From Azolla caroliniana (lineage: Eukaryota > Plantae > Polypodiophyta), in the NCBI GenBank assembly GCA_043228905.1, contig JBHGNT010000012.1, forward strand, positions 7,440,001 to 7,504,000: 64,000 nt of DNA, read 5' to 3'. The notes under the pieces were generated by a model that worked only from the letters and a program-made list of their open reading frames with translations, was not told the origin of the DNA and searched no databases. Of this stretch, positions 13,170-24,263 are shown piece after piece. A program made the translations under genes and the position numbers. Position 1 is the stretch's first letter. Each line of letters begins with the position of its first letter.

Positions 13170-16100
13170 CCTCATGGATTCCCAGAATCCAGCCGTAAAA
13201 ATCATTATTAAAGGACGCGACCTTCATGGGTACATTATCGACGGTGGCTCCGGTGTGAACGTCATCAGCAAGGCCACATGTCACACCCTCGGCATAAACC
13301 AATGGGAGCCTTGCCCCTTTTGGTTGCGGATGGTCGATACGTGATCAGTTCGCCCCATCGGGTTAATCTGCCACCTTGATTTCACGTTAGCCGGCCATTT
13401 GTTCACTATCTCGACAGTCGTGTTACGCCTCGAAGCTCCGGGCACTTACCCAATGTTGCTTGGGCGACCCTGGCTGCACACAACAAATATTAAACAACAT
13501 TGGCAGCAGAATATGATCTCCTTTCGCCAGGGGAAGTCCAAGGTACGGGTAATAACTGAAGAACGCCTAACCACGCCTCACAAAGCTACGCCCTTATACG
13601 CAGAAGGGGTACACATGCTCGACGACTTAGCCGACGAAGAGGTGGACGACTTCCTAGAAGATCACCCCACTATCGTACCCCTCTTCGAAATAAACGCCAT
13701 TTCGGGTGTTGGCACACCACTAGACGAGGATGGCACGGCAGATTCCCTTCCCCAGGACGACGCCGATCCCACCACTATCGCGGAACTACGACTAGCACGG
13801 GATGCGTTCGAAAGCGAACTCGCTATTTCCCAGCAGGTAAAAGCATCGACGCTCAAATCACTGAACCTCAACTTAGACGAGAACCCATGGAAACTTCAAA
13901 TTGCTAATAACTTACCAGCCGACGAACGGTCAACCCTGATACGCCTACTCACGGAATATCAGGATGTATTCGCCTAGTCTTACACGGATATGAAGGGATT
14001 GGATCCCCAATTTTACCAACACCAAGTACACCTCCTACCAGACACTCAGTCGATCCAACAACGACGGTACCGTATGAACCCCAACTACGCGGCTAAGGTC
14101 AAAGAGGAAATAGACAAACTCCTTCGAGTAGGCTTTATACGCCCAGTAAAAAGAGCCACATGGTTAAGCCCAATCGTCGTGGTCCCCAAGAAAAACGGGA
14201 AAATCCACGTTTGCGTTGATTACTGCAAACTCAATGTTGCGACAGTCATGGATGGGTTCCCTCTTCTGTTCATGGATAGTGTCCTCGACACGGTGGCTGG
14301 TCATGAATGCTACAGTTTCCTTGAGGGGTTCAGTGGCTATAATCAAATCCGAATGCACCTGGACGATCAGGAGAAAACGGCGTTTGTCACGGACTGGGGT
14401 GTCTTCGTGGCTGAGGTAATGATGTTCGGATTAAAGACGGCACCGGCCATGTTCCAACGCATCATCTCAGAGATTTTCAACGAGTATATTCCGGTGTTCA
14501 TGCAAGTGTTCCTCGACAACTTTGTCGTGTATGGCCAGCAGCTGGAGCATATGACCCAGCTACGGCTCTGTCTCAAACAATGCCAACACGCTCGCTTGAG
14601 CTTAATTCCGGCAAAATACGCATTCTTGGTGACAAGCAACAACCTGCTTGGGCACATAGTTAGCCAGGAAGGTATCGCCATGGACCCGGATAAAGTGCAA
14701 GCCATTCTGAATGCCCCTGCGCCCCCTACCGCGAAGGCCCTCAGCAGATTCTTGGGCCAAATTAGATGGCATAGCCAGATGTTGCGACACCTGGCCGATT
14801 TCGCGACTCCTTTACACGCGGCGATGCATAGACTCCCATTTCAGTGGTCTTCAACAGAAGACGAGGCGTACCAAGCCTTGAAGTTAATGCTCTCCCATGC
14901 CCCTATGGTACAGGCACCGGTCTGGTCGGAACCTTTTCACGTCTTCGTAGACGCATCAGATATAGCCATTGACAGCGTGCTCATGCGGCGCACACCACCA
15001 AATTGGTACCGGCCAGTGTATTACGTTAGCCGACAACTCTCGGCCGCGGAGAAGAACTACTCAACCACTAAATGTGAGGCCCTCGATATGGTTTACAACA
15101 TCAACAAATTTCGACATTATCTCTTGGGCCGGAACTTCACATTCCACATCGACCACTCGGCCCTCCTCTACTTGGTTAATAAGCAGGCCCTCACAAGTCA
15201 CCTGGCCCAATGGATGCTCCTGCTACAGGAGTTTGATTTTCAGATCCAGCACCGGCCCGGCGTCCAACACGCCGTAGCTGTCTACCTGAGCCACCTCGAG
15301 TTAAGCGAACCAGCCGTGTCCACGTACGATGAATTACCCGATGCCGCCATTTTCAGTCTCGCAACGGTACCAGACACAAATGAGGACAAATGGATCGCAG
15401 AGATGACCCATTTTCTCTGCACCGGCCTTCCTCCCGACCACTTGACCCTCGACACTCGAAAACGACTAGCTGTCAGGAGCCTAAATTTCTATCTTGTCTC
15501 CGACACCCTTTACCACAAAGGCTCGGATGGCATCTGGCGTCGTGCAATCCGTCAATTTGAGAAACCCGCAATCCTCTAGGAGGCACATCGCGGAATCGCG
15601 GGGGGACATTACGCTGGAGAGGCCACGGCAAGAAAAATATGGCAGAGTGGCTTGTGGTGGCCCACAACAAAGAAAGATGCTCATGAATTCTGTCGACAAT
15701 GCAATCTATGTCAACGCATGGGACAACCGACTGAGCAATCCCGGATGCCGCACCAACCCATTCTTCCGTTAGAGCCATTTCAAAAGTGAAGTTAGATTTT
15801 GTAGTACCTTTTAAACCAGTCGCGGCCCGCACTGGTAACAAATACATCATCATGGCCACGGACTATTGCACAAAATGGGTCGAGGCTAAGGCACTACGGG
15901 ACAATACCGCTGCATCCACGGCAAAATTCGTATACGAACATCTATGGTGCCGATATGGATGCCCAATCGAGCTCATTAGTGACCAAGGCGGGCATTTTCT
16001 AAACCATATAATTCGTGAACTCACTACACACTACGCGGTCGTACATAAGAAAAGTATGTCGTACTATCCACAAGCAAACGGATTGGCAAAGTCGACTAAT

Positions 16101-16560
16101 AAAATTTTGTAGACAATCCTGAAAAAGATCGTCAATGAGAACTGCACCGATTGGGATGCCAAGCTCGGTGAGCAACTCCTCGAACTCGGTGAACAACGAG
16201 TGGCTAGCATGGCTCACTTGGAGCAACGCCAACGGCAACGCAAAGCATTCGTTGATCGACACCGAAAGGGTACGGAGAAAGCACTTACCATCGGCAAACC
16301 GGTGCTGGTCTTCCAAACATGACTCGGTGCTATGCCGGGCAAATTACGATTTCGATGGAGATGCCCCTTCAGGATAATTGACGAGTTTAACGGCACATTC
16401 CAACTCAGCACACTTGCCGGAGACATCGTCAAGAGCTGGGCAAATGGCTTCCACCTTTGACCTTACCTCGGGACGACCCCAATTAATCCTTTCGCCGTCA
16501 TCGACGGCACGGACCAGCTCCCGGACAATGCCTCGAATGAGGCCATGTGTCCCCATCAAT
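13170..16560 (+). pseudogene. pol (PR-RT-RNase H-IN), disrupted, with internal deletion in integrase near 16166
   Basis: IIDGGSGVN protease, [43 protein letters not shown]; the segment seen at 757-860 in copy 1 is missing. Confidence 0.92.
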
Positions 16561-16708
16561 AAAATCATGACCTACCCACCAAATGTATATAGTAGGAATG
16601 ATTTTTAGTAGTTAAATTAGCATTACCTAGAATTACCTAACTAATCACCCCAATCACGAGATTTTTTTTAGGTGCACCAACTAGTCACATCCACTTTAAA
16701 ATAGAATA

Positions 16709-18455
16709 TTGAAGAAGCAAGCACAGAATGCTTCGCTCCTCATGGAACTACCAGATCTGAACATGGCCTTAGTCGAGGCATATCGCAATCTACACCACAC
16801 TACTCAGGCAGCCAAGGACATGGCCCGATGTATCAAAACGGCGCATCAGCAAGCCAAACGGGCTACCGAGCTATGGCAAGCCGCCGAGGAGAAACTGGCA
16901 ACATTCAAGCAGCAACATCCAGAACAACCGTCGTTAAGCCTCCCTGCGCCGAGTGACGATGTCTCACCAGCCACTCTTCTGAACCCGAGCCTGGGTGTTG
17001 CGGGTACCAAAGCACACAAAGACGACACCACTCACCCCAGGGTAGCCACGGTCGATGTCAGCACAATGACGGACATGGTACAAACAAGTGAGCCCTCGTC
17101 ATGGGCAGATATCAGCCCGCACCACCAAACCCGCCATGCCTCCACGCAAACACCACCACCTCCAGTCGTCATGGAACGCTCTACATAGACAGACAGGGAA
17201 CCCTCTCCCCAAATCCAGCAAGCGGCAACCCAGACAGGGCCTCCCCTTCGAGATTACCAGGAGGAGCTTAAGGTCCAGATCGCTCTGGCCGAGTTGGTAG
17301 AACAGAACCACAACAACATTCTTGGCCAGCTACGGAACAAGCCGCGGGCCGCGAAGCCGACCTCAAGCGACTACTCGTTGAAAGGTCGACCGCACTCCAA
17401 GAACGAGAAAGAGAGGTGATGACCCTTCAGGTCTCTATCACTGAGGCCAAAGAACGTTTCATCCAAGAAGCAAAGCGGAATAGCCAACGGGAACAAGAGC
17501 TCTTCGTAGACAACCAGGACTTACGACGTCATCAAAGGGCCTTACAAGACATGGCCAACGAACATATGCCGAAGTGGAGGATCTCGAAAGAGCAAAGGGC
17601 AAAAATTTCCGATGCGTATCACCAGTTGCAAACCGAGCACATCGCCGCCAAAGAACAACATCGGGACGCTTGGCAACAGGACATGGACGAAACGGTAGCT
17701 CAGCTCACCAAACGTTATGAGTAGACAATCACGCTCATCACCGAAAAAGCAAAAGATAATCAAGCTACTTTAGCACTCCTCGTCCGCAAAAGCCAAGAAG
17801 AAGCCAAGGCCGCAAGGGAGGCAATGGAAGTTCACCGCGCCAGCATCGGCATGGACGATACTAAAATCAAGATCCTAATCAACAAGTATTGCCAGCAATT
17901 CACCACGAAGATCAAAGAAATGCTTGACCATGTCTGGCAGGGGTGGTCAGCCCAAGCCACAGACCTACACATACTACACATGAATGCCGAGAACCGAGGG
18001 TTTTACAAGATGGATGACACCAGCATCCAAACCCTCCGTGAAGACTTAACTGAGGAATATCATACCTTAGCAGTGTCCCACATTGCGGCCATCGAGCAAC
18101 TTCTAGAGGAATTCAACAACGATCTAATGGTGTTTCGCTTAGAAGCCGAAGCTTACGAGGAGGAACGCCTAGCTACCGGGAGTAACAGAGCTCCCACAAC
18201 CAACGAGCAAGGACTCGAGCCACCCACCATGGCGGCAAGATCGGAGGAACTTGCCCCTACAGACCGCCACATCCCACTCGATCCACAGACTACAACCACG
18301 ACCCTGCCTGAACCGGTCCAACAGAGGAGGGTGCACATGACAACACGGCCATCCCCGACTCGGCAACAAAACCTCCATCACCAACCCCACCTTCCGAGCA
18401 ACCAGACCAACCCCATGCCCCTGAGTATATCCTCGGCATATTGGAAGAGGAATAA
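16709..18455 (+). pseudogene. Extra post-pol ORF, coiled-coil protein (fragmented)
   Basis: ORFs 16709..17188, 17416..17724, 17824..18468; C-terminal block homologous to 48857..49993; ends ILGILEEE* in a shifted frame. Confidence 0.75.
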
Positions 18456-18568
18456 AACAAACCTATAAGCCCTCGTATGAACGGGCAATTTTTGTAATCT
18501 GTGTTGTTTTGTCAAATCCATGTTTACTCCTCCACATCGTGAACCGTGGGTCCGACGGACAAAGTCCT

Positions 18569-18585
18569 GTCCCACGGGCGTGCCA
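18569..18585 (+). promoter_or_regulatory. tRNA-3'-end copy (anti-PBS) at the PPT position
   Basis: GTCCCACGGGCGTGCCA, 2 nt before the 3' LTR; no purine tract present. Confidence 0.85.
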
Positions 18586-18587
18586 GG

Positions 18588-19097
18588 TGTTGTCCATAGG
18601 CCAAAAATATAAATATATTATGTAAACTCGCCGTTAGGTAGAAGAGTAGGTGAGGAAATAGGTAAGACTAGAAATAGCCGTGTTTTAGCCCTCACAATCA
18701 GCCGATGGCTCGGTTCTGTCTGAAGGGGAAAACTATATAACCCGAGTTATGCATACCTCAAGGGGGGATTATCTAGATCATTCTTAGTGAGCGTATTATC
18801 CTAGCAGCAAGCTTTGTACGAACTATTTCCGGCTGAGAGCCGAGTACTGTAATCGTTGTGAGCTTCATCATTTAATATAAGTTTTGTTTTTTCTAATCTT
18901 CTATCTGTGTATTCTCCCCGTACTCGTAAATCGAGCTACGTTTATGCCTAACGGGTTGTAGCCCGTGTACACTCCCCGTGTACGCTCCCCGTTCTCCTTA
19001 ATTTTTCCCCGTGTAGAAGAGGCTTCCACGTAACACAATCCCTTGACACCGATAGCCTGTGGGTTCATCGAAGGTGTTTCCCCAGAAACGGTTAACA
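18588..19097 (+). repeat. 3' LTR
   Basis: Direct repeat of 10763-11259 with a small internal duplication; followed by TSD and (CT)n. Confidence 0.95.
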
Positions 19098-19128
<31 letters not shown>

Positions 19129-21027
19129 AGGGTTGATCAAGGTATTTGTGCAACTAGTTATTCGAACGCATTGAACATGTGAAATCAAAATTTGAGGGTT
19201 ATCAAACATAAAGTAATGGAGGAACAGAAACGTCAATAAAGTATAGTTGCACAAGCCTCATCTCTTTAAAGCTTTTCTTTATCTTGTTTCACTCCTTTCC
19301 TTCGGATGTTATAACTTGATCATTATAGTCACCTCCACATGTTGGGTATTGTGGATTGGCATCATGTTCAATACTAGGAAAAGCATATTCTGGGCACCAA
19401 CTAAAAAATGGGAGATGTTCACTATTTACCATTATGCCATTCTTTCATTAGATTCAGCATCCTTAAAGTAGTTATTGAAAAGGTGCAACACTCAATTTCT
19501 TGGGACCAATACATAGGGACAATTTCTTGGGACCGATACATAGGGACAATTTCTTGGGACCAAACAAATATGTAAAACATATTATAAGAGCATACATTCA
19601 ATTACTGTTTAAGAGGCTCTCTCTCTATTCAAAAAAAGGTGTCTATGTTCAAGAGATTACAGAAATACGACAAACATTCAAGAAGGGTCTCAACACAAAA
19701 TTTCCTCAAGAAGGCACAAACCCCTTTAAAATAATATTTGCATTAAAAAACATTGGTTCTCTCAATCCATTTTCTTTTTGATATTGCTTGATTCTGCTGC
19801 CTTACCTAAGAAATGGTTCTTCCACTGGATTTAAATCAATAATTGTTTACACATATCTGATACATCTTGAGTATGTCGCCTTTACTTTAAAATGATACTC
19901 TACAAGGTAATCCATGAACCACTGACAATAGCCAGTCCTTGGCATATTCTCCAGTGTGAGAAGCAGCCCATTCTGAATTAATATTTAAATTTAAAAGTGG
20001 TGTTTCTTGCATCTGCATTTCTGTATGATGCCTATTGCTTATTTGACAATGCTTTCTATTTCCTTTCATCCAAATGGTGAAGTAAGACACAAAATATCAC
20101 AATAACAGTATTGATGGCAAACCTAAGTGTCAAACACTTTACAGTAATTATATGCATATACTAGAAATAACAACTGATTGCTAAGGAATGGCAATGTAGG
20201 GTAAAGTGATCCACCATCGATATACAAGTCCTGGTTATTGATGTGACAGACATCGCCTTAGGAGTTCAATCCATATAGAGAAAGTGTGTTAATTTCAACT
20301 TATCTACTATTTTAACATCAGTTATGATCAAAATCATGTACATAGTATCAAAGACCCAATACCAAATTACATGGCATTATAAAATGAAGTGGGTGCCTGC
20401 ATTTCGAGACTAAATTGACTATCTACACTTTTTACATCAGTGCAATCAAAATCATGTAGTATCTATCACAGACACAATACCAAATTGTATGGCATCACCA
20501 AATAACATGGTGCTTTCATCACATGACTAAATGATTATTCTACAAATGATTATCAGCTCTTTATAATCATCATCATTATTATCAATGACATAGGGTTGGT
20601 GTCAAAAATGGTTGGCTGCTGGTAATTCAGCCTTTTCCCAGTTGGTTTTGCAACATCTGTGCGAAAGAGAGAAACATAAGAACGAAGACAATATAGCCAG
20701 AAGAAGCAAATGGACATATGCACCATATCATTGCATAAATCTAAGTAATGTACAAAATCAACAGCTTACATTGTATTGAAGAAGTTGGACTCGAGTTTTT
20801 AGCAACCTAATATGGTTCGCCAAGATTATATATAGATATACATATGCACAATTGTGTGCGTACATATCTATCAAGAATATACACAATCTGCATCCATAAA
20901 AGAGATATCATCCTTGAGAAGTGAATTATCTGAACTACCAAATAAAAGCATTTATAGGCCAAATCATTAATAGTTGCATTTATACCTAATGCCTTACCAG
21001 CAGCAAAAAATCTTCTGAACCTCAGCA

Positions 21028-21180
21028 TCAGCTCCAAGGTCTATTCATAATGCTTCTATGTCCAAGGGGAGAGGCACCAACACAAGAACTCGTCCTACCA
21101 TCACCAGCATTCGAACATCCACCTGGATTAGAATGACTTTCATAAGGAAGCATTCTGATCGACATATGTTCATTATCAAT
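21028..21180 (-). CDS. GTE: Probable terminal coding exon of the GTE gene
   Basis: AG acceptor at 21182-81 gives an open phase-0 frame IDNEH...RPWS*; GTAAG donor near 20997; other acceptors are possible. Confidence 0.4.
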   Translation of the reverse strand: MDNEHMSIRMLPYESHSNPGGCSNAGDGRTSSCVGASPLGHRSIMNRPWS

Positions 21181-22294
21181 CTTGTAATAACAGGGGATTC
21201 ATTGTGTACAAAACATACTGAGAAACTCCAACAACATCACTGAAACAAAACTTAAAAAGATGCCCATCGCTAAAATTGAACAGGTGTTGGAAAATCCCCC
21301 ATCTAGTCACCATTTGAAGACAAGGCAAGAACCCATATTGTTCAGACCTTGTACCCCAGACCACCTCGGCATCAACATTCTGTTATCCTCGCCTTGTGTG
21401 CTATCCACAGGCTTCCCCATTTGAAACTCCATTTATATTTGACCAAATACATGTCCACCTGGATACTAGACACCTGTCCCAACTAGCTTCCATGTATATT
21501 CCCTCCTATCAACAAATGTAAGAACTGGATGTAAAAATGACGGCACTGCAAGGTTGCAGAACTGGATGTAATTACCCATCACTGTCCTCCCTTTCCACAT
21601 CAAATACTCATTAGTACATTAGGGCCTTGTTGAATTTCCTCTTGTTGATTGGGTACGATAATAATGTTACATTTAAGACTAATAAGGATCAAAAAGTTCC
21701 ATATACTTTTCTAGAAACTTTTATTAGCACATTAAATCCTACCAGAATTTACTGTGATGGTTAAGTATTACCAATTAGAATTAAGGCTATATTAACCACA
21801 TTGAGGGTTGAAGAAAGACTCAGTCAGTAGGCAAACCCCATCAGGATATTGTTGGTTGTCATTCCTAGAGATTTTTTTCCCTAATGGAGTTTTAACACCA
21901 TTGGCCCTTCAAACAGCAGCTTGAAAAACAAAACAGAACAACACAAATAAGCGCATTTGCTACTACAATTAGTTTGGAACTGAAAGTGCTTGAGGTTTGT
22001 AACAAAACCCTGTTGTACCTCTTGAATTAAGATAGAGAAAGAGAGAACACAAAATATATCCAAGAAACACTCCTATACTTTTGTCCTTTGTATGAGAAAT
22101 AAAAGCACGCACAAAAATCAAGAATAGTTTCGGCATCTTAATGGGCCAAAGCAAATGAAAAGATACCTTTTGTTCTCTTGACTTTTTCTTGATCCATATC
22201 AGTGTTTCCTTTATGCTGTGTGATGAAGTAAAAAACATGAGCATCCATGCTTTCCGAAATCTCACATCTTCTACCATTACATACCAAACCTTAC

Positions 22295-23079
22295 CTGGCT
22301 ATTTTGCACAAGTATCTTTGTGTTTATACCAGCAGTTTTAAGGCAGTCTTTCACATATTGATCCAATTCCCAGAGCGTCTCATTACTGAATGAATCAACA
22401 TCCACTTCCATTTCATCAACTTTCTGATCCAAGGCAGGATTTCTTTGCCTCATCAACTGAATCACATCATCCTGCATGTGTACAGGCAATAGTTGCAAAC
22501 TCCCTACTAGAATGACTTTCTCCTCATAACTCATTTCTCTTATTGGCTGATTGCTGAACATCGGAGCATCAGGCTTACTATTTTCTGATTGCTCTTGGCC
22601 TTTAGTGTTATCATGTGTTTCAGATGATATGATTCTAGCAGAAGAATTTGAGCTCTGAACAATCTTCCCTTCCATCTCTTGGCTAGTATCATGCTTCAAA
22701 TTCATCTGAATTGATTCAAAATTCGCTTCAAAGAGATGTAGCAACTTATTAGCCATTGCATGCACATCATGCTCTTGAGGATTGTAGAGCATTGCGTTCA
22801 AAAAGGTTAACCTTACATCATTTGCAAACTCTTCTGCCGAATCATATTGGTAACCATCTAATTTAGACTTTACCGTGCCAAGATCCATTGGTGTTTGCAC
22901 AACACGAAGATAATCCCTCAGACCTAATGCAACCACATCAACAGGCTCATTAAAGACCCACCCATATTTGTGTTTCATAAGTTTCTTAAGAATGTCGTGA
23001 CAATGGGATGCAATCTCTGAATCTATTTTAGTGGGTCCAGTTTCAAGACGTGGAGTGCTTGGCGGATTTCTTTGATCAT
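22295..23079 (-). CDS. GTE: BET/GTE bromodomain + ET (NET) domain exon
   Basis: CHDILKKLMKHKYGWVFNEPVD...PMDLGTVK...NAMLYNP bromodomain; REMSYEEK...EMEVDVDSFSNETLWEL ET domain; AG at 23081-80, GTAAG at 22294. Confidence 0.93.
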
Positions 23080-23773
23080 CTGCAAAATACGTCAACTTTA
23101 AAATACCATAGCCTATTAAGTATGATTCGTTATTTCTTTAATGTAGGCTTCTGAGATGCATAATTTTAAATCCACTCTAGTGGCAAAAGGAGTAGCCAAG
23201 CAAGAGCAGACACTTGGTAAATTAAAAGTACCCTACAATGTATGATCAATTATTTCTTTAACATGACCCCCATAAACCATTATCAAGTATTAATCATGGT
23301 AATAACAATAGTTATGACTTACTACTTGTAGTAGTTGGCATTATTAGGATGCTTAGTAGGTTAAAAGCAGTTGTAGTAGTTGCTGGTAGTAGTGGCCTTA
23401 TTTCAGGCCTTTGTAAGCCAAAAAGACCCACTTATGTATGCTCGGTTATATCTTTACTGCGTGCTTCTTTGGATCACCCTATTTTAAATCCACACTTGTA
23501 GCAGTAGTAGTTGCATTACTTCCGTGCTTAATAAGTTAAAAGTACGTTATAATCATTATGGGGTAATGTATGCTTTGGCATTGCTTTAATAGCAGTTTTA
23601 AGGTACCCCATAGTGGTAGGTTTTCTTATTTCTTTAACGTAGAATTTTCTGCCATTTGGATTACCTAAAATCTATAGTAGTATTGGTGGTAACAGTGCCA
23701 TAGTAGTCACTAATAGTACTAGTATTACTTCAGTGATGTTTAGCTTTGGAGAGTTGTAAAGAGTCTTGCTTAC

Positions 23774-24263
23774 CGAGACATGAGTTGTTTGTATGAGGCG
23801 GAGGTGGATGAAGCGTTTGAGAAAACAACTCATTGGACGTTGTGGCTGAATCTCTCTCTTGGACACCCGCGTGAGGACTGACCCTAGATAATTCTGCATC
23901 ACTCAGTGAAGGATAAACCTCCTCCATACACTGATACCTTCTTCTCAATTGCAACTCTCTCTCTTCGAGCTTCAACGACAATCCTTGCACTTTGTTTAAT
24001 TCCACCCTCAACAAATTTCGAAGCTCTCTTCTTTGGTCTTTTTTCATCTTCTCTGGCAAAACGCTCATTGATCCTTTGGGAGACTTTGGAAGCCCTCTCA
24101 ATATAGCATCAGATCGATGCATGATTCCCTGTTTCTCTGCCTTAGATTGAAAATCCAGACCACTAAGATCATAATTCCAGCAAGATGAATCATCAGATGT
24201 TGCTTCAAAATCCACTGGTTTGGAATTGATCAACCCTTGTCTTCTCTGCCTGGCCATGACCAT
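23774..24263 (-). CDS. GTE: BET/GTE-family bromodomain protein, first coding exon
   Basis: ATG 24263; RRELRNLLRVELNKVQGL helix typical of plant GTE N-termini; GTAAG donor at 23773; splices in frame to 23079. Confidence 0.8.

Larger units (their letters stand above)
10763..19097 (+). mobile_element. Full-length Ty3/Gypsy non-chromovirus (family A copy 2) with extra 3' ORF
   Basis: LTRs 10763-11259 and 18588-19097 (TGTTGTCC...GTTAACA), TSD TCTCT, PBS at 11265, gag-pol then coiled-coil ORF; no chromodomain and no second RNase H seen. Confidence 0.95.

Noticed and set aside
19495-19563. 27-bp tandem repeat (~2.5 copies)
   Set aside because: Simple local duplication with no further structure
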